Shown: positions 24,287-63,588, numbered from the stretch's first letter. The stretch: 64,000 nucleotides of DNA from Amoebidium appalachense (GCA_963693365.1 CAVNZM010000011.1:8545937-8609936), one strand, 5' to 3'. The notes: generated by a model from the sequence alone, not told the origin. Program-made: numbers and translations.

Positions 24287-24379
24287 AGCACGCTCGCGCA
24301 CACGCACACATACGTGCGCACACACACATGCACACACACCCTCTCAGAGGCTCTCTCCGGCCCTCTGTTCTCTCTCTCC

Positions 24380-24414
<35 letters not shown>

Positions 24415-24563
24415 CTCTCTCTCCGAGTCCAGTTTAGGGCCCCCTCCCTAGGCCTCTCTCTAAGACTTCCCTTTAAAGCTCTCTCCCCCCCATCCCCCGC
24501 CCCCTCTCTCGCTCCCTCTGTCTCTATCTTTCTCCCTCTTCCTCTCCCTCCCCCCCCCCCCCC

Positions 24564-24594
<31 letters not shown>

Positions 24595-24703
24595 CCTCCC
24601 CCCCCTCCCTTCCCTCCCTCACCCCCCCCCTTCTCCCCTCTCACTCTCCCCCACTCTCCCGCTCTCTCGCTTTCTTCCCCCCCCCCCCCCCCCGCCGCCG
24701 GAG

Positions 24704-24775
<72 letters not shown>

Positions 24776-24778
24776 TTC

Positions 24779-24898
<120 letters not shown>

Positions 24899-24976
24899 GA
24901 CTCTCTCTCTCTCTCTCACTCTCTCACTCTCTCTCTCTCCCCCCCCCCCCCTACACACCATACGCGCGCGCGCACA

Positions 24977-25111
<135 letters not shown>

Positions 25112-25444
25112 CCCCGCACACTGTGGCATATATATAGACATACTCATTGACACATGGAATCGTAACAGCCTGGAAAGTACCTGCACATCCATAAACTTTC
25201 ATTGAATATGTTTCACACGCTCAAAAGACATGCTCGTGACTGTCTCGGTCGCAGGCCATCGTCGAACTCGAATTCAGATTTCTTTCAACCTTCTGAGAGT
25301 TATATAAAATAGGCTTACTTGTACTCATGGAAACTATCGGCGATGCATGTGTGTTTTTGTGTGTTTGTATGTGTTTGACTGTGTGTGTCTGTGTCATCAG
25401 TGTTGTGTGTGTGTGTCTGTGTGTGTGTGTGCGTGGGCGCGCGT

Positions 25445-25475
<31 letters not shown>

Positions 25476-25580
25476 AGTGTTGTTGGAAATGCATGCTATG
25501 CAGGCACATGCATGCACCAGATATCGAGAGGAGGGGGAGGAGGGGATCCCCGGGAGGCATGCCGGAAAGTTGGGTGGTTG

Positions 25581-25620
<40 letters not shown>

Positions 25621-25959
25621 TGATAGCGGGAGTAAGAGAGAAAAATAAAGTGCCACAATCATTTGTATTTGTAGGCAGGCACATCATTTTGTGCCACAAC
25701 ACGTAAGCATACCACACGTGGCATTGTTGCATTGGCTTATACGCCCGTCTGCATGTCTGTGTGCCTACATTCACGTGTACACGTGTGCGTACACGTGCAT
25801 CAATGCAGGCAGCTGCATGTGTGAGTGCTCAGCCAGGCACTGACACCTGCCGCCTGCATGTGCATAGTGAACTTGCTCCCAACAGAATTGCATATTCTGC
25901 AAAAAGCGGCATTATTCTGTTCACGGCAGTAGAATAAACTTTGCTCCATGCAGGATATT

Positions 25960-26350
<391 letters not shown>

Positions 26351-26410
26351 CAATTTGGCTGTGTGCTTCGTTTTTCCTTGGCAGTTTTGGCCTGGTATAC
26401 ATAATGAAGG

Positions 26411-26454
<44 letters not shown>

Positions 26455-26634
26455 CTCTGTGTGTGTGTGTGTGTGTGTATGTGTGTGTGTGTGTGCACGG
26501 TGTGTGTGTGTGTGCACGGTGTGTGTGTGTGTGTATTGCCAAGTGTACGTACGTGTATGCACGTGTGTCACCCTGTGTCTCACCAACCCCCCCTCCCCCC
26601 TCCCCCCCCCATATTTCCCCACCTCTCCCACCCG

Positions 26635-26670
<36 letters not shown>

Positions 26671-27600
26671 CGGGGGGCCTTCTGTCTGTCGGCCACACCC
26701 AATCTCTAGTTATGTTGGTTACTACCCTCGTAGGAAAAAAGGGTGTTTTTTGTGTGTGCCTGTGTTCGTTTTTTGGTGTCTGTGTAAATGTGTGTGTGAG
26801 TGTTTGTGGGGAGGGAATGGAAGGGGGGGGGGGGGGGAGGGGGGGGAGAGAGGGGGTGGGCCTAAGGGTAGGAAACCACAAATGCCCCCCGAAATCTCGA
26901 GGGTGATGTGATGACCATATATGGTTAATCGGATTTATTTAGTCACTTTACACTCAGACCAGCTGAGCTGACAGCCGCATATACAGTAAGGGCACACCGC
27001 ATGGCCAGTAAGGGCACACCGCATGGCCACTGAGGAGACTGCATGGTATTAAAACTTAAAAAGGCTTCGTATCCACTACAAGGTTTTTGTAATAATAATT
27101 ACTCAGGTGCTGTTTGAGGTAGATCTTTAAGGTACCTCATGCGAGAGAACGGGGTAGAAATTTAAAAGAGCCAATCAGGGGCTTTGGGTCCATTCGCAGG
27201 AGTGTGTTGTTTGTGTGCCTACTGCAGCGGGAAGCCCCTAGGCTGCTCCTAAATTTGCATGTCCCCATTCGTGCATTATGATATATTTTTTTAATATCAC
27301 GTTATAATGATTAACGGTGGCCAATTACTGCTGGTGTTGAGCTGTCAACCAATACGGAACAAGTATAAACTTCTTTCAGTAAATAACAATCCTACACATG
27401 AAATAACAATCCTACACATGAAATCCTTATGTTTTATGTGATTGTACGTATACAGGCAACACCTTATGGATTCAAGCTCAAAAGATACCTCACAAAACAC
27501 ACCGTCCAACAACTTGATAGCTGAATTTTCAATCACACACCTCGCCAAATCGCCCTCTAATCGCACCCAATCGCACAAACGTCCACCAATAAGTAACCAA

Positions 27601-27910
27601 TCAGCGACCGGGCCCATACGGGTTCACAGCCACGCCAGTCTTCTTCTCAACCACCGCCAGATCGGAAAAGTTGTGATTTACGACGCGATGGTGAGCCTCA
27701 TCGGCCCTAATCTGTGCGATCAGATCGCGCATGCTGGCGTCTTCCGGCAGCTTCCAGTAGTTGCGGGCCACCTCAGGTGCAATCGTGTTTTGCCACATCG
27801 GAAGCTTACCTGCATCAAGTTCCTGTACAGGAAAAAGGAGAAAAAAATTAAAAATAAGAATAGAGAAAGATCAAATAAAATGAAGATGGGAGGGAGGAAG
27901 TGGGGCGGGG

Positions 27911-27960
<50 letters not shown>

Positions 27961-30173
27961 AGGCAGTGCGAGTGTGTTTCTCGCCTGCGCTGTGCGTGAT
28001 TGGATGTAAATGCGTGTTGGACAAAAGCTTCTAAAACAAAGTCAACTTCTGGGTCACTTCTTGCTGATTTTCTTCACACCTTTCCACCCCTTCCCCCTTG
28101 CCCAAAACAAATTGACTCAAAAAATGCCGAAAAAGGACAATAACTTGTAGAAACATAAGGGTTTGTACCTTAAAGCAATTAGTTCAAGTGGTATGCAAAT
28201 GATAACTCGTGGATTTGCGCGGATTTGCGCCCTTTTGGCATGGACGGAGTGGACTGGCATCTTTAAGCAACGAGCACATTTAGCGCTAGCAGTGGGTATA
28301 TACTCGTACCTTTAAGCAGTGAGTGTACGTCTTCACCGCCTCCTCCTCCAAGTACCCAACGAACCGATGGCAGAAGCGGGGAGACAAGAGATAAGCCAAT
28401 GAAAACCCGGTCACGAACACGCCCTGAGCACCAATAATCATCGAGCGCATAAAAAGCCCCGGTTTCTTCATAGTCATTGCGGTAAGAAGGTGCATTCTCT
28501 CGTTTTCCGCCTCTTCTAGAAGGGTGTGGATCCATCCGTGGTCGCGACGTAGGCGGCGGAGGGAGTGAAGGTGGCGGGTCATTGCTGCAACCATACCGGG
28601 AACGCCGGCGACGGTCTCGAGAAAGACGATGCGCGTGAGCCACCTGTATATGTGTATATCAAAATATGTTGAGTTATGATATAATGGTAGTTAAAAAATG
28701 GACAAAAAGAAAGCGCGGACATCTGTTGTGTGGGCTTGTTTCTTTTGCTTTCTTTTCTTTTCTTTTCTTTTCTTTTCTTTTCTTTTATTTTTGAGGGGGG
28801 GGGAAAGGGGGGGGGGGGGGGGTGGGGAAAGGGGGGGGGGGGGGGGTGGGGGAAAGGGGGGGGAGGGTGTAAAGGGTGGGGAAGGGAAGGAAGGGAGGGC
28901 GCAGGGAGAGCGGGACGGGGGGGGGGGGGGGGGAGGGGGGGGGGGGATGTGTTTTTTTGCTGGACATCAGTGAAGCATGGGATTAGGCCTCGGGGAGGGG
29001 GGGGGGGGACGAATGCGTACCTGTCCTCTGTCATAGGCTTTCTGTCGTAGCCAGTGACGATATCAAACCCCTTGCGGCATGCCTGCACAGTACCATACGC
29101 CAACTTGTCAACAAACCCCTTTGGCTCCCTGTGCGTCACGTTCACCGTGTCACACTCTTCAGCTGTCCAGATGGGGTGGGCGAGAGTGTATTCCTTGGCT
29201 GTGCCGGCGGCGGTGATGGTGTTGAAGTGGACGGTTTCGTAACCAGCTTGAGAATCTTTGACGGTCACCGTGGCGGAAGGTGCAGTGGTCTGTAGGATGG
29301 AATGGGTTAAATAAAATAAAAAAGGGAAGGGGGGGGGGGGGGGGGGGGGGAGGGGGTGTTTACGCGAGCTGTTTTGGTTTAAGCAATAAGTTGCATTTGC
29401 GGCTAATCAAGTACTCGTTTTATGGTAAGGGAGGTGGCCTTTCGGTTTTGTGTGTATGTGGTGTGCACGGGTTTGCTACAAATGTGTACGCGCACATGGC
29501 AGCATGTTTTTTCTTTTTCTTTTTTTTCTTTTCTTTCTTTCTTTTCTTTTTTTTTTTCTTTGTTTGGGGAGGGAGGGGGGAATGGATGGGGGGGAAGAGG
29601 GGGTAAAGAGGCTGGGAGGAGGAGGGAGGTTGAGGGAGGAGGGGCGGAAGGGGGGGGGGGGGGGGGGGGGGGAGGGGGGGGAGGGGCAGACACTTCCGGG
29701 GGACACAGTGAGGCACATGCTAGAGGGTTGTATCCTATTTGCGTTATTTATGTTGGAGCGCCACACACGCACACAAAATGTTCACACAAACCGTGACCGA
29801 AATGATACAGATACGGGCCTGATCATACATGTCACTGAGATCTAGAGGCGCTGGCTTGTACAATCGCAATGTATATGCCCGTGAAGACATCCCCACCCCC
29901 CCACACACATTCTAAATTTGCATGTGTACACACATAAACAGACTCAGAGACACACAGATATCGATATATCCCTAAACGCATACACACCTGCTTAGCATTC
30001 GTCTCCTTGGTTTCTGGAGTCTGAGTGGAGAAGCTTCCGGTAGGAGCAGACATGGTAGCACGCAACACCGGCACGGTCGTGTGCAGGGCACGCATTTGCG
30101 CCAAAGCAAGTGGGCCGGCGGCTGCACGCAGAAGGCCCATACGCGCCAGGGAGGGAAGAGTAAGACTTGCCAT
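27601..30173 (-). CDS. AOX: Mitochondrial alternative oxidase (336 aa, 4 exons)
   Basis: Exons: 30173-29988, 29289-29021, 28643-28310, 27822-27601 (1011 nt). Motifs [30 protein letters not shown] and RADEAHHR provide the di-iron ligands. The Arg/Ala/Leu-rich N-terminus ([19 protein letters not shown]...) resembles a mitochondrial presequence. Confidence 0.97.
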
Positions 30174-30277
30174 GGTGGATTTTGTTTTTGTACAAGAAAA
30201 CGTGAAGCTCGATCGTTTCAAGTGTCACGCGGAAGGTCGAAAACAGAAAAGTGAAAACTGTGTGCGTCAGGCTGGGG

Positions 30278-30430
30278 TTTATATACGTGGGGGGTCAAGT
30301 GACGCGCGCTGATTGGTGGAAGGATAGAAATCGGTGGAGCACTGGAGACGGCAAAAGAAGTTTGTAGAAGGTTATTCCTCAATTCGCTGATTGGATAAAA
30401 ACGGTCCCATTCAATAAACCCCAATCGTAA
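30278..30430 (-). promoter_or_regulatory. Putative AOX core promoter (TATA plus CCAAT boxes)
   Basis: TATATAAA on the minus strand at 30285-30278, about 105 nt upstream of the ATG. CTGATTGG near 30310 and 30388, and CCAAT near 30422. Confidence 0.5.
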
Positions 30431-31518
30431 AATGCCAAAAAGTGCGCACGGAAGTGTTACGGAGATAGCAATCCGTGACCTTAACATCTAGATCTAATTG
30501 CTAGGGATAAATTGGTTGGATGTTGCGACTTTAGTTCTGGAATGTAGCCATTCATCTGTCACCTTCTAGAGTCATGCTTTCGAAACATCCAGCAACATGG
30601 GCGTGCGATCACAGGAATCTCTCACGTGAAATTAAAAGTTTTGGGGCACGGACAAAAGCACGCCCTTCTTGTCCGTGCCGTCAGAAATTTACAATTTCTT
30701 TTCGAAAAAAAATCAGCGATCAAGAAATTATGATGCGCAATTTATCTTTTTTGTAATATACAACTTCTTTATCATGCTTTTATCAGCGATATATCCATGT
30801 TTCACACGCCCTGCCAGGCAGCTGTGCTCTGGCATACAGTACATGCTCACTCTGCGCAGCTCACAAATGCTCACGCGCTACCTAACTCGCGCAGTCGTGC
30901 TCCCATTTTTGCTCTCTGTGGGTGCTTCTTTACTGTTAAAGAAAAATTTTATCTATTTTAAATTAATTTGTGATGCAGATAATGATTGTTTTGTAAGGAA
31001 TTTTAGTTCTCTGTCATGTCTCGTTCTCGCCAGAATCTCTGAGTCTCGACTCAAGATCTAAAAAGTGATCACGGGCATGCCAGGAATGTGGACGTGCCCC
31101 TCTTGATTGGCTGCCCATCTCCCCACTCTTTGACCAATCGCATTGCACGCGTGCGCATGCATGGCGTAACACTAACCGGTGGGGCGGTGCCACATTTGCG
31201 ACGACTTATATAACACGCGCACACACATCTGCACGTGTGCGTCATAATGTGAAGTTACTTTTCCAGCCGTGTTTTGTGTGTGCGTGTATGTTCATGCTAA
31301 GTTCATTGGCTACCATGCGTGCGCATCTGTGCGTGTATTAGTGTGCATGTACGCACGGTGAGCCAGTGTGTCACGGCGTGTGTGTGCACGTGTGTGCCTA
31401 ATATTAGCTGCCATGGCCACGGTGTGTGTGTGCATTTCAATGTCGGCGTTTCATGGCATGTTACGTCCACATCGGGTCACAAATATATTGTAAATGCATG
31501 CACACGTCACACCAAAAT

Positions 31519-31568
<50 letters not shown>

Positions 31569-31570
31569 AT

Positions 31571-31602
<32 letters not shown>

Positions 31603-32386
31603 CACACCATTGCACGACCTGGGGCACTACCCCCCGTAACCACCGGTGTCCACCCCTCCCTTCCCCAGCCGCCACCACCTTTCGAAAAGGCAAAAAAAGA
31701 AAGGAAAAACAACTGCACACATTCAAGTACATACCCAAACACACACAGTGACTGTACACTGAGACACCCACCTCCTCGCTCCCACATTTGTCAATCCCAG
31801 CCCCAACGTTAACTCCCAGTCCAAACAACCGGCACGCACCGACCGCACAAAACTACTAAACCCTCCTAATCTGAATGAAACTTCAAACAAACGCACAAAA
31901 CAAAGAAACGAGGAACTTGCCATACACTGAACGTTGATAAATGTTCTTTGCCACGCGCAGAAGAACCATTCCCAGTCACGGAGCTTATTTTTTATTTAAT
32001 CGAAGCACCCCATTCGTGCATTACAAAATTATAGTGATATACACGGCAACACGTGCACCACGTGTATAGCTCTCTCTATTTTTTGACACCAGGCGTTATT
32101 TTGGGGCCTTTGGCATCGACTGCTACTTTATGGTCAACATGATACAGAACTATACAATATGTAAACAAATCACTGGTAGTGTGTGCGTGTGTGCGCGCGC
32201 GTGTGTGTGTGCGTGTGTGGGCACGTGCGTTTCATGTTAATGCATGTGGCACTGTGGATATGTGTTTCGTTGTACGTGAGGAGGATGCAGTATTTGAAGC
32301 AATAGAAATGTGGAACGACTCAGGCACGTGTCTGTGCACATGTGTGCCTGTGGGTATGCACCTGCGTGTCTGCAATCACGTGTATG

Positions 32387-32465
<79 letters not shown>

Positions 32466-32536
32466 CGGGAAAACATGGGGGTTGGGTGGGGGGTGGGGTG
32501 GGGGGGGGCGGGGGGGAGAGGGAGGGGGAGGGGAGG

Positions 32537-56251
<23,715 letters not shown>

Positions 56252-58742
56252 GTTTTGCGTAAAAGATGACACGAACCAGCTGGGGTAGTCAGCAAAGGTA
56301 AAAGGGGAAAAAAAACCTCTTTTGATGAGGCTTTCTTGGTTACAGGGAGAACTGGAGCAAGATCGCAAACTAACTTGATGTGTATATCGAAAAGGGAACC
56401 TCCTTTATCTAAGTGAGGTTTGAAAGAGTTAACTGTTCGTTTGTAACAGTGCACCTGAAGATGGTTAATTACGCTTGTAAATCCAACTTGGCCTAGCTTT
56501 CATCTTATGGCCTTTGAACTCTTACTGTCACAGCTAGAGACACGGTTATGTTCTAAGGTTTGCCTTACTTCCACTTTCATAAAAATTTATACCCATTACT
56601 TTGTCCCCAACCACAAAGTTCAGTTCAGTCAGTTTTCGTTTTTCGTTTTTTTTCTTTTTTTTTTTCTTCTTAGCTATAGAATAAGAATAGAGACGAAAGG
56701 AGAGAAATAAGTCCACTACGATGATTGCGTAATGTTGGGATTGCGCAGAACTTGCGCAAGTATAGCGATATCATCATCCGACCAGGGTGTGAATTATCGT
56801 ACTTTTGGCTCTCGGGATACTGGCAGTCACCAACCGTCTTGTGGATTGGCTTTTTTCCTCGTAGAGTAGCGCTGTTTTTTTTTGTTTTTTTTAGGGACAC
56901 GATATAACTTGTGGAGACATTTATTTCTCTCTCAGAAGCCCCCACGGCCTCGAGCTCAGTGAAATCATCAGGCAATGAATGCATGATCGATTGGTGACTC
57001 AGGGTGATCATCATCGATATCGTGGAAATCGACTTCGAAATTTGACTTGATTCTGTGCCTCTGGATAGTTACACCTGGCTCCTAAGTGACTCAGAGCTTT
57101 CATAGTGAATCAGGCATATAATTTTTTTTGACAATTATTATGAGTTTGTGTTGTGTTTTCATCGCGGATTACGTTCATGTTTGCTTCGTATTTTTGTCAC
57201 GAGCAATTGGACGGACACAATTGGAATGACGATTCGAAACGGAATGGAGTTCTGTAGTGGGCTTGCTTGTGGCGATTGGCGTGCTGCTCAGCCAATCTAC
57301 GGTCGTGATCCTATCTTTCACCAGGGCGAGAAATTTGTTTTTGGCAATCCATGAACTTCCTTAATATAAGCAATAATAAAAAATAAAAAGTATATTATCT
57401 TAAAATGAGCAAGGATAAAAAATCACTAAGTTTTCTAAAACCTGAAATTACGGTTGGCTTAAAAGCCACTTGCAAAAGTTGCTCTAGACGAATGAGAAAA
57501 GCAATGTATCAATTCGTATGGAGGTATGGGGAGCTCGAGCCGCAGCACTGGTCTAAAACAGGGCCGAGGCCCTGCCAAAACTTCAGAACAAGATCATCGT
57601 TAGCAACATTATATCGACAGAATGTTGGATCATTACAGCTGTTGGGGATAAAATGTTATGTTTTCTTTTTATCCATGCACTTTGCAAGACTTACTGAATA
57701 AATGTGCCCCACTTGCGGTCGCTTAGCCACCGAATCCACCCGGTGGACTCGACGTCCCGGATTCGGGTTTCAAAAAGTATAGGCCTAAACGGAAATCCCT
57801 GTAAAACAGTCATAGACCCCAACTGATTAGATCTTGAAACCCCATAAATTACAGTCGTAATTTTCAAAGTGATGTATCTGGGATTTTACATCAATTCACG
57901 CCCTACTACATGATCTTCTCCCACTTATTTTATCCAATCGGAATTCGAATACGAACTATTGACCGATTCTCCCTATATCAGGCCCTCCCTAAATATTAGT
58001 AATTAATAAGCTCAAAGAAAGAAAATATTTCCTTACAAATAATGCACATATGTGGTTAAAGTCAACACAAAAAGCAAAAAAATGCAAATTGTATTTTTTT
58101 TTGTCTTTATTTTACATTAGGCACAAATTGGAGGGTGAAAGCTGTACGACCACAATTCTTCAAGGCGCTTATTTGGAAAGAAAAGATCTGTAGGGACCGT
58201 GTCACACCAACTGCGTGCCAATTAGATCACATCATAGACGCAACGTCAACAAATTCCTGCGAGTAAAAGCGTGGGAAGCGGGAGCGCAACACAATTCGAC
58301 GCGCACAATTTTACTTTTTTCGTTTCTTTTTTTTATGTTTTCGCTAAGCTGTAGGAGGGGTGCAGGAAGGTGTGGGGACTGTAGCGAACGTGGGGAATAA
58401 CGTCGGGGAGGTGCTCTTTATGCCTTTTTAGGGGTATATGCTTCGTGGGGCATGAAGACACACACAAAACGCCCTAGCATATTCAGGTGTACGAGTGCCC
58501 AATTTGTAGTTGTTTTGTGGTGATATGCCCAATTGACCGTGGTCTGTTCGAGGGCAGGGTGCACTTGTTTTTGAGTCATTACACATAGGTCCCAAGGAAA
58601 ACACCAGAAAATCACTCAAAACATCACCACCTCGTTGTTGTTATTAACGCACAATCTTCATCCTGCGTAACAGTCACTTCGTCGCACCCCATTCAATAGC
58701 AGTCAGAGAGACGCCTAGGCCTGGCTCATTCCCACAGACAAT

Positions 58743-61064
58743 ATGGTGATCAGGTGGGTTGTTAAGATTGCATGCTGTGACATGCTCCACATGCTCCAGA
58801 ATTTTTTTTTTGATAAACTTTCTTGGGTTCTTGTGGTTGTGTCAGTGGTAGCACTGCGTTTTTCAGCAACATCCTTAGAAAGATCAGCACTCTGGCTGTA
58901 CGGTGTGTTGTTGGCCTGGGGCACGATGTTCAACTTCACCGCCTTATCCTCAGTGGTCTTGTTGTTTAACCATAATGATTATAACAGTCCGGGTTTTGAG
59001 AAAATCCAGCGCACGGTGTTCAAAGTTGGTCGGTAATGTGACAAACTGATCACCGTCGTTTTTTGTTTGCTTCCCTTGGAATGACCTTGGCATTTCCCAG
59101 GTGCCTATTCCTTGGCTCAGCCCCTCCCCCTTTCCTGCTGCCACACACACACTGGCACATACAAAAGCTATCATGCACTTGTTTCTTCCTCCTCTCATTT
59201 ATTTTTCCGTTTTTCTTGCTGTATCTGCCTAAACACATTAACGCACACATACACACAAATACACACACACACATGCATTTACACATGCATTGACTCACCA
59301 AATCATGTTCTCTCAGGGAGCATCCCATGCGCCTTGCCTTTGGCGGGGAGCCACAAATCACCTCCCCGCACATGCCTCGCAAGAACCATGCCCTTAACCA
59401 AAGTAACCACTTCCTTCCAAACTTCAACGACGCTACATCTACACCTTCACCCACGCATCCAAGCAAAATTGTCGCTAATTCACCACTTTTGAGCAAGAAA
59501 AATGCTCTCACACCACCGTCATCGCCCTGTTTGTCAGCGAGATTGTCTCCCGTGGGGAAGAGCGCGATTGTGGTGGATGCGTTGGAGCGGGCGGAGAAGT
59601 TGATTGCAGTGGAGCACTTAAGGGCAAGACTGGGCGCGCTGAGTTTAAGGGCACAAGGGCACAAGGACCACGTGGTTATATCTCAGGTATATCTGAGAGA
59701 TAACCAACTGGCAGATGCAGGAAGTAATGGTGCAAAAAGGGTTGGGTTTTGAAGAAAAAAATAAAAATTCATACGAGGAAGCAAAGGGGGGGGGGGGGGG
59801 GGGGGGTCACAGACTGGTGTTGTCACTGTAGTGCAAAGAAAACAGAAAAAAAGAAAAAGAAAGAAAGAAAAAAGAAAGAAAAAAAGGAGAAAGAAGAAAA
59901 GAAAAATGAAAAAAATTCGGGCTCAGCATGCATGGCTCCCTGGTTGAGGGTATTCCTATTACCATGACCAGTCTAACTATTTTTTCGGTTCTTTCTTCTT
60001 GTTCCTTTTTTCATCTTTTCTTTTGCTTTTGGGTAGGGGAGGGGGGGGGGGGGTTGTTACTTTTTTTATACATGGCAACAACATTTCGAGAAAAATACCA
60101 AATTTATCTCTGACAGAAACCTCGAATTTTAACCTATACATAACCTACAAAGGAAGAGAACTAAACCATCACGAGCACAACTTTCCCACTAATGGCACTT
60201 TACAACAAAGCAACAATACCTTAACCTCCCTGCCATCCACACAATTGGCATCAGAATACAGAAAAAGAAATGGCCATCACGTGATTTCACTAACGTAAGT
60301 CCCCACCAGTCAGAGTTTATTTACAATTCCATTAGTGGTACTTAAGCAGCAGAGCAACAATGATTTAACATTTAAATTTCCACGTCATCCAGATGATTGT
60401 AAACACAAAAAACAAGCCCATCACGTGATAGTACATATCACTGACGTGATTTCCCGCCAATCGCAGGCATGCAAATCGTCCATCTTCGAGCACTATCCGC
60501 AGGCCATGACGACACTCGATTTGGACACCCGTGTCGCCGCCATTGCTCACACGTTTGGGTTCTCGCGCAACAACACGCTCTTGGCGCGGTGTTTCTGCCC
60601 GGATGAGGTTAATTCATGCGTGACACAGTTGGGCGAGAGGTACTGCGGGGAGTTTGATCTGGGGGGACTGGCGGGAATCCCGTTTGCTGGAGTTACAGGT
60701 GCGTGTTTTTATTCTTTTTGCGTTTTGGTAGTTGTTCTTTTTGGTTGTTGTTGTTGTTGTTATTGTATTATTATTATCGTCGTGTTTTTGTGTGTGCATG
60801 ACACACTTGATGAGGGGTACTGCTGGGAGTTTGATCTGTTGGGGACTGGTGGGAATTTTTTTTTTCTGGCGTTACAGGTGCGTGGTTTAATAATAGTGCT
60901 GTTGTTGTCGTCGTCGTCGTTAATTGTTGCTAATAGGATTGTTATCATCAACAGCATCGTCTACACTAATATTTTGTGAGTGTGTGCTGTGTGTTGTGTG
61001 TGCATGTGCGTTTGTCTGTGGATGTGTGATTGTTTGTTGTTTATTCCTTTTTTGATCGTTTTTT

Positions 61065-61106
<42 letters not shown>

Positions 61107-61597
61107 GGGGGGGCTCTTCCTTGTTTGTTGTGTTTGGTTGTCTGTGTTTGTTTTTTGCTTGTTTGTGTTGCTTTCCGTTTTGCATTTGTGCTTGTATTTT
61201 TTTCTGTTCATGTTCCTGTTTTTGTTTCATTTTAATCATTTTTGTTCCGTGCAGGGAAGGGAGTTTAAAATGAATGTTACAGTGAGTTTTTGCCGTTGTT
61301 TTGAAGGGAAAATTTCTGATCTTCGTTTTTTCGTTTTTTTTTTTTTCCTGCACCCCCTCAGGAATGTGTGCATTCCGTGCGCACGTGCCTGATGACGGCA
61401 ACATCATCATCATGTACGGACCACACGTGGGCATCAACGACTCGGGGGAGGTCGGATAACTCGCCCTGTATGATTGGTTGCTGGTTGCTAGGGAGAGCTC
61501 GTGGCTTATGGTTTTGTATAAAACATTTAAAGGGGGAAGGGGTGTTTTGTGTGTGTGTGTGTTTTTTTTTTGTTTTTGTTTTTGTTTTTTTTTTGTT

Positions 61598-61636
<39 letters not shown>

Positions 61637-62567
61637 ATTAGGACGTGTGTTCTTTTTTTTTTCTTTTTTTTCTTTTTTTTGGTGCGGGTTTGGTGAATGG
61701 GGTTCAGTGAAGGGGATCGAAATCGGGTAATGTGGATGATCACTGTGCAGCAAAATCTCTTCTTTTCATTATAAGTTTTCGTTTGTTCAATAAGAATTAC
61801 CAGCTTTATTAGCACGTTCTAATTGGGCCAAAATCACAGCTCGGCAGGATGACTAGACGGGGGCAAAGGTGCGAGACCACTGCCTGTGGATCGGCAATTG
61901 CGGCACTCCATGGGTGGGTGTTTCCTAAATTCATAAATGTATGGGTGGGTGTTTCCTGAACTCGTGAGTGTATGGGTGGGTGTTTCCGTAATTTATATAT
62001 TATATTCATAAATGCATGGGTGGGTGTATCCTAAATTCATAAATGTATGGATGGGTGTTTCCTAAATTCAAAAGTGTATGGGTGGGTGTTTCCGAAATTT
62101 ATATGTTATTTATTTTATTATTATTATTAATCTATTTATATATTATATTCATAAATGCATGGTTGGGTGCTTCCTAAATTATATATTTCACATTCATAAA
62201 TGTGTGGGTGGGTGTTCCTTTAAATCGTGTGTGTGTTGGTGCTTTTATAGCATCATAACGTGATGAATTGGGTCAGGTTTTTAAATCTTCTTAAGATGAT
62301 CCCTATCTTGATGATGTTTGGACCCCCCCCCCCCCCTCCCCCCCCCCCCCCCCCCCCAAAAAAAAAAAAAAAAAAAGAAAAAGAAAAAAAAAAGAAAAGA
62401 AAAGAAAAGAAAAGAAAAGGAAAAGGAAAAGGAAAAGGAAAAGGGGGAAAAAAAAAAAAAGAAAGAAAGAAAGGAAGGAAAAGAAAAACGAAACGGAGGG
62501 GAATGGTCAGAAATATCTGCTTAATTGTCCGTCGTGGATGTATAAATAATACTCTGTAACACATTCA

Positions 62568-62598
<31 letters not shown>

Positions 62599-62600
62599 GC

Positions 62601-62674
<74 letters not shown>

Positions 62675-63090
62675 ACTCCCAGGCTCTTTAAGGATCCCAA
62701 CCACACGGTATCTCGTCAGACCGACTACCAGCAGCACATGGTGGTGCAAGTTTTGCGCAAAAACCTGGCCCGATTGCGCGAATCGCGCGATCCGATTATG
62801 ACGCTGGGGGAGATCTTGTTTGAATGCATAGAGGAGAGGTTGCTTAAAATCATAAAACACAACCTGGGGGATTTCTACGGAAAGGTGGGTGGTTATTATT
62901 TTGTTATATTTTGGGTTTCGTTTGGGGTGTGGTTTGCTTTTTTCCGTTTCGTTTCAGAAGTTTTCTATTTTGTTTTGTTGTTGCTTTTTTTTTGTGTGTG
63001 TGTTTGTTTGGTTGTTTCTTTGTTTCTTTGTTTCTTTTCTTATCCCCACCCCCCCCCCTTTTTTTTCTATTAGAAGGGGAAAGAGGAAGA

Positions 63091-63121
<31 letters not shown>

Positions 63122-63156
63122 TCTTATTTGGTTATGTGGGATTTGGTTGGGGTCAG

Positions 63157-63201
<45 letters not shown>

Positions 63202-63364
63202 CTTTTGTGTGTTGGTGTGTGTTGGTGTGCGAGTGCGCATACATGTGAATGAGTCTTTGTGTACATGTTTGTTCGTCAGAGCCGATCTACAAGGTGTTTT
63301 TCGGTGCATATGTTGGTACGACCAAGTTCAATTCTCATACTAACACTATTCCTAGTCTCATAAT

Positions 63365-63439
<75 letters not shown>

Positions 63440-63588
63440 ACACACACACGTACAGATTCTGCTTGTAGGGGGTGTACAGGTCAACACCCACCACGGCCTC
63501 TCAGACCATTTTGTCCCCCGCACCTTCGGCCTGCTTCATCCGAAAGGCCAGGAAGATCTCTCAAGGATGCTGCTTGGCAATATTCACT
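58743..63588 (+). CDS. Theta-class / LCIB-family carbonic anhydrase paralog B (3'-incomplete, continues past the window)
   Basis: Exons: 58743-59032 (tentative), 59317-59686, 60467-60698, 61362-61450, 61840-61913, 62683-62884, 63456-63588. Intron positions and phases match paralog A. Motifs: CPDEVN, LGGLAGIPFAG, HVPDDG, GPHVG, TACGS, DYQQ, GGVQVN. Confidence 0.88.
61909..62225 (+). repeat. Degenerate minisatellite of about 31 bp (about 8 copies) seeded at an exon/intron junction
   Basis: Unit ATGGGTGGGTGTTTCCTAAATTCATAAATGT. The first copy overlaps the real donor CATGG|GTGGGT at 61913/61914. Confidence 0.9.

Noticed and set aside
56670-57014. 114-aa ORF upstream of SEL1L
   Set aside because: No recognisable motif or convincing splice partners. 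It may be intergenic or a transposon remnant.
57440-57870. Possible MITE from a short inverted match (TGAAATTACGGTTG / CAGTCGTAATTTTCA)
   Set aside because: The match is too short and imperfect, and no target duplication was identified.
61909-62225. CRISPR-like array of about 31-bp repeats
   Set aside because: No unique spacers of regular length and no cas genes. It is a minisatellite in a eukaryotic intron.
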